NCBI GenBank assembly: GCA_973895155.1
Contig: OZ316895.1
Span: forward strand, 15,010,816 to 15,074,815
Length of the DNA stretch: 64,000 nucleotides
From: Marsupella aquatica
Lineage: Eukaryota; Plantae; Marchantiophyta
Direction: 5' to 3'
Shown: one piece after another, positions 1 to 13,691 of the stretch
Position numbering within the stretch: the stretch's first letter is position 1
Layout of the letters: each line of letters starts with the position of its first letter
Program-made: the position numbers and the translations under genes
The notes under the pieces: model-generated
The model's input: only the letters and a program-made list of their open reading frames with translations
Databases searched by the model: none
Told to the model about the DNA's origin: nothing

Positions 1-673
1 GTTGTGAAACCAGAACTACATGCCCTGACAAGAGTTGCACATCTCTTTCAAGGTGTGCAAGGTCCTCCCTCCATCCTGATGGTCCCATGCCAAATGTTGA
101 GTCAGCCATCAGTGATTGTTAAAGTTCGGTCACATCTAAACGTTGAACATACTGCCATCCAAATGGACATGATAACGACCAGTACATGCCAAACGAACTC
201 TGTTTAGTTACTATTTACTTATTGTGTATTGGAATGCATTACGAACAGACTACATGGGAAACATGCACTAGAGCTATCCTTATTTCTATATTTGGTTTTT
301 TTTCCAAGCATCTGGGAGGTGGTTGTTGCAAGATGCTCACTGTACAGTGAACATGAGCCATGCTTGTAGTGGTAAAAGACTTACTTCTCTCTTCTGAATT
401 TCATAGAATTGCAATCGGTCGTTTAAGAATATGCTTTATAAGCTCTGTTCAGATGTGCCCATTGCAATTTCAGAGTGATTATCAGTTCGTGTCTCTCCTC
501 CTCCCCCAATCTGCAACCCAAACATGTTACCTGAGTCAAACTTTAGTCACTGGGTCCCAGTCACATACTAGTCGTTCTTTGAGACTCTCATGTACTGGTG
601 CTTCTCATGTTCTGGCGCTGTCAAATAGCCGCTAACCTGGCTTGAGATCCATCTTCCCTTTTTTGTGAAGAAG
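1..673 (-). CDS. Possible exons of an unidentified gene running off the window start (divergent from WDR13)
   Basis: Minus-strand exon 673-637 has a strong acceptor (cttttctttcag) and a GTTAG donor. It joins in phase with a candidate exon 75-1 to give (LLHKKGK)MDLKPG-WREDLAHLERDVQLLSGHVVLVSQ. No family recognised; upstream exons unresolved. Confidence 0.3.
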
Positions 674-2258
674 CTGAAAGAAAAGTTATGAAGTCATCAC
701 ATGAAACAAAGTATATGGTATTATGGCCCATAAAGCCTTTGGAAAAAGAGTGCTTTAGCTCTAGTTTGATGATCTGTTATTGCTCATAATGCCTCTTAAC
801 TGGGCATTTATATCTAGAGGAAAAAATTCATATTGTTCTATCCAAATCTGGATATTGTAAACAGGGCATTGTGGGATATAATGCCCCCCAAAACTCTAGC
901 TTTTGAGGGGCTATTATTGCCCATAATGTTCTGGTAACAAGACCTTAATACAATTTAAAGGCTAATGGGTCTATTATTGCCCATAATGCTTTGGTAACAG
1001 GACCTTAATACAAATACATTAATTTTAAAGGTCTAATGGGTTTGAACTTTTACTAGTTTTAGTAAATATAGAGGAAAATCTTAATGATGATGAGCTGATC
1101 CAAATCTTAGAGAGTGCTTTCTCTCCCATAAAGCCTTGAAAATTAGTTCCTGGACCCCTGACTACTGACGATTAGTTCACGGCTTAGAAGAAATCTTGTT
1201 GAACATTTGACTTCCAATGCTCTCTAATTGGACAACCCAGAAAAGTGATCCCATCACAAATTCCACCCATCCACCCAACAGCAGCAGCTCACTCGGATTC
1301 CAGTGCATAGCCTACATCAAGACTGATTCTATGTAACCTTCGTCTCCTCTCCTTTTTTTCGTTGGCTGCCTCAATACGCTAATGACACCAGATTGACCAC
1401 TGACCAGACCACGACGCTCTGATTGAATTCTACTTGATTGAGCTCCACACTGCGTCTCTCTTCTTGGAGATTTGTGGACTTCAAAATCCACTAATGTCGA
1501 TCACTCTATTGTTCTTTCTGGGCAATTAAACAACCAACTTTCAGAATACTTTGCTTGCCTAGTACCAAATGCAGAGTTGGTTACGGTTGCCACAATTTTG
1601 GCAACAGTTTAAATTGTTGCAAATATTCAAGTATTTATTACTTATCTTATGTTTTTACTTAATAAAAAGAAAAAGTAACTAAAATAGTTATGTCAAATAA
1701 AATTACATTCTGTTTTACCGCATGACTCACTAAATTTTACCCAGAACTTGCCACAAACATGAAAGGAGGAGTTTTTTGTAATTTGGAAACAAGTCTGTTC
1801 TTGTTTGGAGCACGCTCTGATGACATGGTGTGTTGTGGAGTCTCAAATTTTGCAAGGAACCCCTCAATTTTGCAAGGAACCCGTCAACAACTGAAAGAGC
1901 AATAAGATATGAAATAGTCATCAGATGACACAGGTGTGACATACTTTTGACAATCAGGATGCCTACACTTCTTCCCACCTCCTGGTCCGGTTCCATTAAG
2001 CTCGCTGGAATCTTCTATCTGCTGGATGGGCTCTTGAATTCTTTTCACAGGTACCGAGGAACTTTACCGTAGTCTTTCTTGTGTACATTGCCTTCTTTAA
2101 GTTCTTTTGGTGGCCGCACCGTTGGTGGTTCTTTGTGGGAGGGAGCAGCCAAAGTGTCCAGCCCAGTGTTTGGGTAAAGCTTCTACCATGACTCACTACT
2201 GTGGCTACAAGAGAGGAAAAAGTAAAAATGGACAAATTTCCGTAAAGAGAGTGCCTAA

Positions 2259-2593
2259 GGGCTAGGTTCCATGGGGCTGGGAGTAAGGGCTGGGAGTAAG
2301 GAGTACGGATGCTGTCAGAATTTTTAAGCCAATAAGATTGTAGTTTTTCCAGGGACTGAGGGGTGTACAAATACTGTATCAAGGAGTATGATTTTCCCTC
2401 ACACTCCCTCTTAAACTTCAGGGGTACCCCCTGCCCCTGTATAAGAACAGTACAGGGCATTCTCATTGGCTCCTGAGTCAAAATTCATACATTTAAAATA
2501 CTATATACACCTTGGCATACAATGTATTTGGGCCCTAGGGGATGTCAGATGGAGTGACCGTACTCCCTACCCCTGGCCCATGGAACCTGGCCC
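2259..2593. mobile_element. PIF/Harbinger (Tourist-like) MITE, 335 bp
   Basis: Imperfect ~35-bp TIRs (GGGCTAGGTTCCATGGGGC...AGTACGG and CCGTACT...GCCCATGGAACCTGGCCC) flanked by a TAA target-site duplication at 2256-2258 and 2594-2596. No coding capacity. Confidence 0.85.
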
Positions 2594-3336
2594 TAAGCAG
2601 AGGCTACAAGTACCAAGAGCCAAGATGGAATAGTCCACAACCTAGGCCTTCTGCCTTCATACTATGTTTCCGGCCAAGCCTTGTATTAAGATAGGAGCAG
2701 GCTGATAACGTTTTGCAGTTCGAAGCTCCAGGGAAAACCTTCCTATTGAAAACAAGTTTGCATCTGCGGGATGAAGATATAATTTGATTTTATTGCTTTC
2801 ACTAGCGTTAACAGTTATCCAGTTGCTGCCACTGTGCTCTGTCCATGGAGCTGCAATGCAACCAACCATTCCTCAACACATTCCCAGTGCTATCTTTCTT
2901 ACCACGTGAGGATTGTATTTTGAATCTGTATGTGAAGGGCAACAGTTTTGGTTAATGGACATAATTCTCCATCTCTGTTCAGGGTTGACTTGACTCAAAG
3001 AGCATCGGGTTGGTCTGGATGACCACCTGCGTAGAGAGTTCAGTTTTGTTGATATTCAGATATTAACTTCATTTAGACGTAAAAATCAGAGACTGACATT
3101 TTGTATCCACCCATGGGTCTAAAAGTGGAAATCACACCGGAGGATGGAGAGAATCACAGGCTGCTCTTGCTTTATTCTTTACCAAGCATCTTTCGACTCC
3201 TGTACCCAATATTCAAATTGTTTTTCAGACAGTTAGGGCTAATAGTGGAATTGTTTGGATGTTTCTTCCAACCTTAGAATCCTATCAAGAAAACTTGTCA
3301 CTAGAAATGGGAAGGCGCACATGTACAGTACATGAC

Positions 3337-3508
3337 ATCCGGATGGGCGGTGGCTTATATTTATACTCGCTCTCTTGCATCTCAAACAGAAATGCTTCAG
3401 GACAATAATTCCTTTACACTCAAATCCGGATGGGCGGTGGCTTATATTTATACTCGCTCTCTTGCATCTCAAAACAGAAATGCTTCAGGACAATAATTCC
3501 TTTACACT
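3337..3508. repeat. Near-perfect tandem duplication, ~87-bp period, 2 copies
   Basis: atccggatgggcggtggcttatatt...aattcctttacact starts at 3337 and again at 3424; the copies differ by one A in an A-run. Confidence 0.95.
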
Positions 3509-4896
3509 GCAATATGAGGACACTGTAAGGTTCTGGAGTGCCATGACAGTGTCCTTTTGAGTAACAGTGTCAAACTTATGCAAAGGCATATTACACATAT
3601 ATTTCAAAGCTGACATGTAAACATATGTTTGATTGTTTCAGTGAATTCATCTGGTATTCTTGTCCATTGTCATTCAACGGAAAGGAGTTGAGTTCTCTTG
3701 ATTACCAATGTTCTCTTCTGTGGAACCGCGTACACTCCAATATGACTACAATGTAAAGTTTTCTAGTGCGCCATGACAGTGTAATGTTTGGGTCCTTTTG
3801 AGTAACAGTGTCAAACAATTGTCCACTATTGTTCTGATCCCATTTTTCAGCCTTCTCGTTTCCGTCGCTGATAATGCACAACTCTGCTGTAGCTCGAAAC
3901 CTGCCTGCACATCGGGGCGATGAGTTTGGAAATGAACGATCGTCGGCCATCACTCACGAGATATGAACGCAAATTTGTTCTGTAGAAAATGGCGAGGGAC
4001 CATCGTTGTGCTGGATCTGCAGGGAATACATTATTTCTCCCGCTGTCAGTTGAATGGAACGATTGATCTGAATTCGACCGCATGAAGGCTTTGTCTTCCC
4101 GGAGAGTGCAGTAGAAGAGTAGTTTCGCTGCTTGGAGATCGATGCTCCTCCTCAGCTGGCAACGTTGACAAGGTATGACTGGCTGACCTAATTATTTGCT
4201 GTCTCCCGCATCCGAGCATCGGACTAGCTTGGCGTGTTACTATGTGCATAACGGGAAGCTTTAGGGGATTTGACTTTAGCCCACATTGATAAATGCCATG
4301 TTCTGGGGTGCCTCCCAAACCATGCGGTGAGCAAAGCCAGGGCTTCATTGAACCTTCAAGTTCGAAAGTTTCTGAATTCCGTCCTGCAGCAGTATTGCAA
4401 CTGGGTAGAAATGCCCTCCCTAAGAAAGATGCTGTCCACAGATCTTCAAACTTTCTGTTCATAATTCGTCGAGAGCCTAAAGTGCCCCGTACCAGCAGAT
4501 CAATCAGGTTCCTGAGGACATTCTTTGTGATAATAGCCATGAAACTTTAGCTCGTTCAAGGGCAGAACTGATTCGGAGAATCAGCTGTTTAATCCCGTCG
4601 TCCTCGGGTACTCCCCTGGCGACGCATATATGCTTGGTTGGAATGGTGTGCTCGATTGGTTTACTTGAATGATTGCTCTACTCAGCACGTTATTAGAAAG
4701 AGATAAACGCTTTAATTAGATGGCTGTTCTAGATGCTGAAGTAGATCCTTAAGAAATATCTCTTCTGTAAGCTACGCATTCAGTTGCTGAATGCCTTTCT
4801 GTGGTGGATGTCCATGTTAAAGTGCGTTTTGGTTGTCTTCTGCCTTTTGAATATTTGCTGGAATGTAAGCTCGGCAGGTCGGGAAAGGTTTTCAAG

Positions 4897-7800
4897 ATGC
4901 TGGACAGCAATGAGGAAGCGCAAGGCGCGTTAGAGGATCGAAAGGTGGAGTATTATGCGTGTTTACTCGAACCAGGGAAAAGGCCCGCTCAAGATGCTGT
5001 GTACATTGGTACTCGCCGATTGCTTCTATGCAGGAAGGCACGAGCAGGACAACTTCAGCGTCAGGTAGGGTTTATTTCACGGGCTTTGGTCCTCCCTTGT
5101 CATTTTTTTGTCTTCCCTTTTCTATCTAAATCATATGTGATAGTCGTCATCTGAAACTGTTGACCCTCATGGGTTGGACACAGATTTTATGCCCTTGCTT
5201 AATTTCATGCACAGTGTACGTTTTGTGAAATGCAAGATGTAGTGACTCACTGTTTTTTCCTCATTGGGTAGAGTTCTAGCAGACTTGGAAATGCAACGGC
5301 AGAGGCTACGTTGCCTATCGAGAGTATTTGCGGCAGTGTAAACATTGGGAAAACTCGCGTCCTACCAGTCCTTCAAGTTATCCTGGAGACAGGTTCGATA
5401 TTCGGCAAACATTTATCTTTATTCAAACAAATCATTAGAAAACGTTCTCACCATCTTCTCCCTGTAGACACTCGTGATGAACATATCATTCATATTGACC
5501 TCAGGATACTCTTAATTTGTCCCAACCTTTCTTTTGTTTTTGTTGGTGTGACAGTGGACGATGGTCATCTTCTCTAGCACCTGGGTTTGACAGGAATAGT
5601 TGGACCTCCCGGGTAATTTGATTCTGCGTATTCCTCTACCTGGTGATTATTTTGGCATTCTTATAGCGAGTTCGAATCGGTGACTTTTGTGTGGGCTTTT
5701 AGATCTTATTCTTGGGTAAGGATCTCCCTACCGGTGCATGCTGATGGATTGTTCACTGTGCAGGGGAGGCCTAGTATCAGCTCAGGTCCTCGAAGTCATG
5801 GATCTGCTGCTGAATGCGAAGTGCCCTTGCGTAATCATATTGAACCCGCGTATTCCTTTGTGGGCATGCACTGTATTTTTGATGACATCAAAGCGTCTGG
5901 TGAGTCTCTTTTCTTCTCCGAGTGCAACTTAAGTATCGTGTATCGAAAGCTATTTGTCCACAATGCCTGGGTATCCTTTGGAAAGACTTACACGATTTGC
6001 GTGCCATTTTGGCGTATCTGTATCCGTGAACTGGTCGATGGAGCTCCCTGCGTCTAAACGAGTGAACGTCTTCTCTAATTCACCTCTGCTACTAAATGTC
6101 TTTGTAACCCCTACACGTTCAAATCCATGCAGTTGGCTGCAAGGATAAAGTTTGGAAGTCCACAGGGCTCCAGAGGGGCATGGGACAGATTATTGATAGG
6201 TGAAACGTAGCCAGTCTTAGAACGGATGTCTTGTTAAGCTGAAACAGCCATCCGTAGGTTGCTTGCGACTTGTTCTGGAACCGAGAGGTGCGCGGTCCTA
6301 GTAGGAAAGAATCGAGTCCTCAATGCTTACATCATTCTGGAAGTTCCTGACATTTCAAATTGCATTGGCTCAGTGAACGTCCTTAGGTTTGGACATCTGA
6401 GCTCGAACCTACTGGCGTTCGGGGCAGCAGATGGCAGCTTGGTTGTATGCAGTGTTGCGAACCCCCCTTCGATTCTCCAACACCTTAAAGGACATCTGAA
6501 GGAGGTCACAGGTATCTGACTACAGACTGGGCATACCGGTTGGCCTTGATACAGATATACTTTGCTTCGCAGTTGGCACGCCTTGATGGAGCTCTAGCTA
6601 ATTACAACTGAAATCCGTGTCCATGGGGTTGGGTGCAGAAATGTTTCTTCCTTGACCTTCGAGAAACCAAGTTATTTATTTACATGTTCACTGAAACATA
6701 TTCTGTGTTTGCCATCATATATATCTCAGGGGCCCCATTTTGACCTAGTTATCCGTGGGGATGTTACTCGCAGATTTTGATTGGACTCTAAATAACGAGT
6801 ACTTATGCTCATCATCATTTGACAAAAGTGTCAGGGTTTGGAGTGTAGAGAAGGGAAGCTGCTTGCGTGTCATCTATGGACATGCCGCGCAGTTATGCAT
6901 TCGCTTTCATCCGGTAATAATCGCAATGGACTCGCTGCACCACTGAACTAAAATCTAAGTTTACTTGCTAAGAAGGAGGAATCACAAAGTGAATGAATCT
7001 AATGCACTTTGGATCTTCTAAATTGGTTACCGAGTTTTGCGTTAGTTTACTAAGTATTTCTGATAGTAAGGCTTTGTAGGCAACCGCGGCGTCCACGCAG
7101 GTTCACCTGCCTGCCATATTCTATATGTATGTTGTGGGGTTCTAGAACTGTAGACCCGATACAGTAGTGAAGTCACCTATGTTGCAAGCCTGCTGTCGCT
7201 GACGCTTTGCAGGATCTTTGCTCTTACTTTTTCTGATCACAGCTGAATAACAACTTCCTCTTGGTGAGCCATGCAGACCAAGGAGTGACTGTAAGTTTTA
7301 ATGTCTTTTCAATCTCTACACTGATACGATCATCGAGCTTCTGAAAAGTAGAATCTGGATGTTACGAATTCATAGTGAAAGTGAAGTCACCACCTTAAGT
7401 AATTATGCTCTCTGACGTCCGTCATAATATTGTCCTTATCTAAGTAGTGGAACAAATAGATCCTTCTCAGGTAGTGTATCAGTTACGTCAGCTAATATTC
7501 ACTAAAATTGATCAGGCCAACTATGTAATTTATATCACAATCGATTTTGATCAACTCTTCCGACTAAATTGTCAGAATGTCTCTTCTTAAGCAGTCATAT
7601 CCTGTTGACCTGCCTTTTGCATTTGATAAACTGGTTGTATCTGTTTTGGGTCGCCGTCGTTATCTTGTGAGCATTGCGCACACTGTTAGAATTAAGGTCT
7701 ACTATGATCTGTTCATAGTTGTGACGTGTGAGCTAGCATCTCGTCTAGATAAATGAAAGAAGCAGTAGATCCAACGCATGCAGCTCGCTTGTCTACAATG

Positions 7801-9615
7801 CAATCCGGTTGCTATTCGCCCGTAATATTGATAACTATGTTTTCTTCAGGTGATAAATTTCAGCACTGGGCGAACTCTACAGAGGCTGTCTGTTGAGAGG
7901 AACATAACTGCTATGGACATCAGTTCTAATGGGCACATTCTTTTCGCTGGTGACTCTGAGGTTGGTATAACTCATCAATTTCTGCGTGATTTTTACAGAG
8001 TGGGTTTTGAGGGATGTTAGTCCTGCGTGAAGTGTGCAGCAGTGGGAAGCCTCGATCCCCATGGGAAGCTCTTTGGTCATTGGAAAAACCCTGTAGATCT
8101 TGATTACTCTATAAACTTTACAGCGAGGAGTTTGTTTGGCAGGGCTGCGTCCATAGCATAAGAGTGGACCTGCAAACTGGGGCATTATCTCACAAACATC
8201 GGACCACAAAGGGGCTCCATCGCAAGTCGCCAACCACCACTGTCCAATTTAAAAATTTCTCCCGGTTAGCTGGTGGACCGGTGCTTCTTGTTGCTAATCA
8301 GGATGGAAGCCTTCGTTTCTTCAGGTATGAATTTCGGATGCGATTCATCTAAGTATAGATTCCATACCAAGGATTTTGCATTAGTTTCTGAGCTATGGCA
8401 TTGATGTTGATGTTGTCTTAATCAATATTTTAAAGAAGGAAAATATCAAAATTTGATAATTAATCATAATTCCTCGTTGGCAATTACAATATTTGTAATT
8501 CAAGGAGAACTGGGTGCTCTGCCGCAATACAAATGTGTTGTTCTTCTGCACGAACTGCAATACTGAAGTGACTTTTGCCGGTCTTTCAGCTTGTGTTACT
8601 TTGGTAGGGATTGATGCAAACTGTCTCGATAAGCCAGCAAATGTAATTGTCAAAGGGATTGATGACCATTTCTTTCTACCTCAAGAAACTGTCTTCCTTG
8701 TTTTGGATGAAATTTATATCGAAAGCCTTGCATTGATGATCTAAAGTGATCCACAGTGATAGTTGGAGGCTATCTGGGTTTTGAATCCAGTCAATGGCAT
8801 CCTCATCACCTGTTCACTTCTCACTTGAAACGTTCTATGATGTCTGTGTAGCGTTGCGCTGGAGGTGGATGGGTATCTGTCCTTGAAGTGCTCGCTAAAG
8901 TTACCACCCCTGGCAAGAAACATAAGGGCATCTTTTTGTCCACTTCTCTCATTGGAAAGCGGCGAATTCATAGGTCTGTTTAATTTTCACTGTTGCACCG
9001 GTTAGGAGATCATTGGCCGACAATGTATCGGAAAACTATCAAAATATGCATTGCACTGACACTACTCTTTTCATATCCCAGTGACAGGCAACGAAGACAC
9101 AAATGTATATTTTTACGACTTCACTCGCCCCAAGCATCCATGTGTCAACAAACTCCAGGTGTGTTTGTGATCGTCCTTGTTGCTGTAGCAGGCATATCTT
9201 TTTGGATAGTTAGCCTATTTCAAGTGACGCACTAGACGTAATCTTGCGTAGTCTAGCTCGTTAGACGGTGTTGGAGTGGTTGACAATTTCCGTTAAATTT
9301 GAGGTCTTCCTTGTCAAGTAGACTTATCATTTCTCCCTCCAGTTTCTTTGAAAGGAGTTCTAGTCCCACGTCTATAACTTTTAGATTAACAGATCTGTTC
9401 ACTCTCTTCAGTTCCCGGGTCATGACCACTGCATTTGAGTTACATTATGACAGTGTGAACTAGAAGGAATTCGTAACCGACATTCGAAATTGTTCCTGCA
9501 GGGTCACAGTGTTCCTGCAGTAGGAGTTGCTTGGAACCATGGGGAGAACTTGCTTGCAACATCAGATTGTGAAGGTGTTGTTATTGTGTGGAAGCGAGCA
9601 AGGGACACTTCTTGA
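4897..9615 (+). CDS. WDR13: WD40-repeat protein, WDR13 family (467 aa, 12 coding exons)
   Basis: GT-AG exons 4897-5064, 5283-5392, 5555-5612, 5764-5899, 6374-6511, 6774-6913, 7243-7290, 7850-7960, 8143-8324, 8852-8973, 9082-9158, 9502-9615 splice in phase (1404 nt). Plant WDR13-type motifs: WKCNGRGYVAYR, EPAYSFVGMHCIFD, RASFCPLLSLESGEFIVTGNED, PCVNKLQGH, WNHGENLLATSD..VIVWKR. Confidence 0.93.
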
Positions 9616-10485
9616 AAGTATTTCTATCCAAACGCTTGTGCCCAAAACTGTGCCTACATGAGCTCAAAGCAATTCAACTCCACACGGTGCCAGAGAATAG
9701 GCATGGCCGTTGGTTTGTCCCTATATGTCGGATGAAATAAGGGTGAACTGTAGCGATTGCCACTGGAAGCACAATTGTAAGAGGACTAATGCGAATACAT
9801 CCTGTCCCCGGCCTTAATGAATGTTATTGGTTCCTGATCTTATATGAAGGGAGATCATATAGATTAGTTGTAAATTCTCTTTCCATTCTTATGAATGGTG
9901 GTACAAAATTGCTTTTGAGAAGCAGGTCAGTTTAGTTCTCTTATTGGTCAATCGTATTATCCTCTTTTCCATGGCCTATTGGACAATTTCTCTGATTGGG
10001 TTTCCCGTGGTAACCTGAATTACCTCCGCAAGGTACTGAAGCTTTTGTCTATTTGGTGAACCCTCAAGATCAGCAACATCGACTACGGAGCTTACAGGAC
10101 ATGCTATGTTTCAGTGCTTCTAATGGGTTTTGTGTGCTGCTAGTTCTTCGAGGTTTCCTTCACTTCAGTTGCAAGCCAAGTGATCAGAATTTCGAAGTTT
10201 TTATTATCCCGCAGGAGGTTTTGCCTCATTTTGCACATAGTTGCAGTGTTCTAATGTCCAGACAATTCAAACTGGAACGACATCATCGGCCTTGTGGCCC
10301 GGTTGTGGGAAAGGCCTCCCCTCTGGATCTATGAGGGAAATTGCTTTCATCACTATCTGCAGCCCGTTCTTGTCTCCCATAGTTTTGCTTGAATGTAGGA
10401 AAGTAGATGATGCTTTAGTCACACGAAAGCTTAGCATTCATAAGAACGTCGGACCAGACCAGAGAAAAACAAATTACTTCCCAAC

Positions 10486-12145
10486 CCGGTGTATAAATAT
10501 CGCTTTTAAGGAAATTCAGATTTCTGCACGAAAGAGAAATCCTGTGCAATGCACTATGGACAGAACAGGGAGGCACTTGCATACTTCTTGTACACAAATA
10601 GGAGCTGCGCGAGACAACCTGACTCACATACTCGGAAATACGTGTGACTACATTACTCCTCTCTAAAATAATCATTATTCAAACAAACTACACAACCTTC
10701 CTAGTGTATGACATAACATGCATCATGTATCCTGAATTTAATGTGCAGAGATCTAGCAAAGTGGATCCAGAAGCTCTCTGTACATGATTGTATTCTAGGT
10801 CTCTCCGTCTATGAACCTGAACTGAATGCGTAAGGACAAGAGCCGTTTTTGAATTGACAAATGAGAATGAGAAGTCTTAATACTCAATGCAGGCACTTAT
10901 CGCTCGAGAGACAATGATTGATTGGATACCACCACTAGAGACCTATCAATGGAGAGTAGTTGCAGGGAAATGGAGAGGAATATTTTCGATATGGATCTGT
11001 TCATAAGCATACTACAAGAGAAACCATCAAATATTTACCTCAAGAATATACCAGTATATGTTGCTGTTGATATTACGAGGCTTATCGACAAAAGTTACCA
11101 TTCAAATATGCGGATTCTTTTCTTTAGGACATACCTGAAGATACTTGTATTCCCATCATAGAAAACAAAATCAGTTTCATCATTTTCGCAATTCATGTAC
11201 TGGAACGCGTCTGATCTTAGTTGTATACTTGGACATATAACTGTTTACAGCATCGAAGTCAGGTCATTCGGAGGTCCCAATGCTCACTAGAGCAAAGATT
11301 CAAATTCCACCAAAATTTGTAATAGGCGTTGAATCGTCTAATGTGCTCAAAGGCAGGCTAGATTCAACTATGAGGCTCTTCAAATGATGAATGTGCTTCC
11401 CCAGCGTAGGAGCCAATGGTCCCTTTAGGTCCCTGTTACATGGGTACTGGAGATATATGTAAAGTAACGTTGAGTGCCCCAATACTCCTAGTGCACTAGG
11501 ATCCAAGGCCCAAAAACGAACGGTCTGTCATTTGGGGAGCAAATATGGTTCCAGACAAACGGTAGGCTTATCTTATGCTCTTGGTTTATTCACACCCTTT
11601 TGGTTTACTCACCGTTTGAATAGCAGATGAGGACCGATTAACGTGGGAGTTCGAAGTTGGGGTTTGTGTAGGGATCGATCTCGTCATCTCTATATCATAG
11701 TCAACTAAACTTGAAAGAAAGGAGTTGTTTGAAAATATACATCATTTAATTAGCGAGCTCAGACAGAGTTGACTTGAGGCTTCTTCGTTAGGCACATCAG
11801 ACGACCAAAGGCCTTCGACACATTTTTGGTGGAATTCGAATCTTTCCTTTGGTGGCATTGGGACCTCCGAGTGATCTGACTTGGATAATGTGACGTGCTC
11901 TTGTATCTACTTATGCATGTGCCCATATCGGTGCCCAAACATGATATCTACCTCTCTTGGGGTGCTCACAACCATCTGACCTGCGAAATCAAATCATTCA
12001 CAGCTCTATAAGGAAAAAAACACTGTTTTCCTTTTTAAAATTCCACTTCTCTCTGTTAACGACACATGCAAATATTTTTCCAAGCATCGAATCTACCTGC
12101 ATCCGGATGACTTTGCAGCGTGGTCTGCTGGAATGAATGGAATTC
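10486..12145 (-). CDS. Candidate short-exon gene of unknown function (partial, hand-built model)
   Basis: AG/GT-bounded minus-strand segments 12145-12097, 11210-11135, 11063-11039, 10604-10585 and 10523-10486 chain in phase to EFHSFQQTTLQSHPDADAFQYMNCENDETDFVFYDGNTSIFSNIYWYILELLFVYKKNLNFLKSDIYTP. No family recognised; some acceptors are weak; no start or stop fixed. Confidence 0.25.
11254..11884. mobile_element. Non-autonomous foldback/MITE-like element with long (~115 bp) imperfect TIRs
   Basis: 11254-11320 (cgaagtcaggtcattcggaggtcccaatg...aaagattcaaattccaccaaaa) is the reverse complement of 11820-11884. Weaker complementarity continues inward to ~11370/~11767. AT flanks both ends. Confidence 0.8.
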
Positions 12146-13463
12146 CTGCGCCATGTCTCTTTCATTGCATTGTCTCTGCCATTTTACGGCTGTCTCCCCT
12201 GACTTGAGATCCACCACAGGTGGAGAGAAACGTATGACTCAGGAGTAATTGATTGGGAGTCAAAAGAGGCGTGTCAGTCGATCAATATATTAACATCAGG
12301 TGGAGGGACTGCGAATATATGGCCTTCCCCAAACAGGAAACAATCAACATAAATCCCTAAATATTGAAAGAAGATCCGACTGAGCTACTGTAAGTAGTAG
12401 CACGCGGAGCATGAGCTAAATTATAGATTTTCTTCAGACGGTTGTGTGTGTCCAAGAACATAGTGGACGAGAGACGAGGTTCCTAACAGTAAGGCTTGGC
12501 AGGAGTATCGCATTTCACAGTGTGTGCAAATTCGAAGTAACTTCTTAAAACCCGATTCAGGACAGTACAGTACAGAAAGCAGATCCACTTGTGCATTTCG
12601 TGGAAACACTACTGTACAGTAACCGCCATCCCGCTGTACAAGTTGGCATAGTGTACAAGAATAATAGTACCGTGGAGCTTGGTAATGTCCGCCAGGTGCT
12701 GTAGTTCTCACTTTATCAGACTATTGCCGAAAAGATCACCATGGTTGCTTCATGAACAATTGAGAACAAATCTAGATTGGACACGGAACGATACTTACCG
12801 GCACATTTATTGAAGGCAGCACCTTATGTTTAAGATGTTAATCCCACCCAGGCCCGGGTCACACCTGAGTCCTGTTATTAATAGTCAGAACTCGCAGCCC
12901 TTACTTGAGTTACTTTTGAGCTTGTATGTCAAAGGTCGGTTTCTCATCACAAGTGCACGAAACAATCGAACTCAGAGATTTCAACATGAGATATACATAC
13001 TTGACATAGTTGTCACGTTAATTATGAACCGGAATTCGATGGTACGCCTTGGAAGGTGAAATTCCATGGACATGATTGGGCAACCGATCCTTTCAAACTG
13101 GAGCAAACAGAGCAACGATTTAATTAAAATTTAGCTGATGGAACCTTACCATGATTAACCATTATTTGCTATCAGGCACTGTAACATGCAATCCCTTATT
13201 TTTCTGCCATCATGGTCTGCGTATGAAGTGGCAATATAGCATGTTCATTCCGGAACATTCTTTATTTTTTGTCTTGAAATAATCTCTAAGGAGGATAAAA
13301 TACAAGAGTAGAACTATAGTACATACTATTGAGTCAGATAAAATACAGGAGTATAAGTAGAGCAGATGCAACGAAAAGCGCATAATGACCATTGAGAAGT
13401 AAATTATATGGCACAGATCGAGGTACCCAAAATCTCTGCACGCAAGATATAGATCTTCACTTG

Positions 13464-13541
13464 CCTCATTAATTTAGTTCAATAAAAACCATACAAGTAT
13501 TTCCTCATTAATTTAGTTCAATAAAAACCATACAAGTATTT
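13464..13541. repeat. 39-bp tandem duplication
   Basis: cctcattaatttagttcaataaaaaccatacaagtattt occurs twice head-to-tail. Confidence 0.9.
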
Positions 13542-13691
13542 AGGATAGCAAACCAATTAAGGATGAAAGCCAATTTCGAAGATAATTAATGTTAATCTGC
13601 ATTAATTATCCCGTCAGTGCTGCCTGCTGCCCGTATGTATTGCATCTGATTTTACGATAAATACCTGGAGCGAAAGAATGTTGAATGTTAT

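Noticed and set aside
4046-4540. 164-aa minus-strand ORF head-to-head with WDR13
   Set aside because: No recognisable domain, and I could not splice it consistently to the downstream candidate exons (3026-2902 and ~2763-2642 give stops). It may be UTR of a divergent gene.
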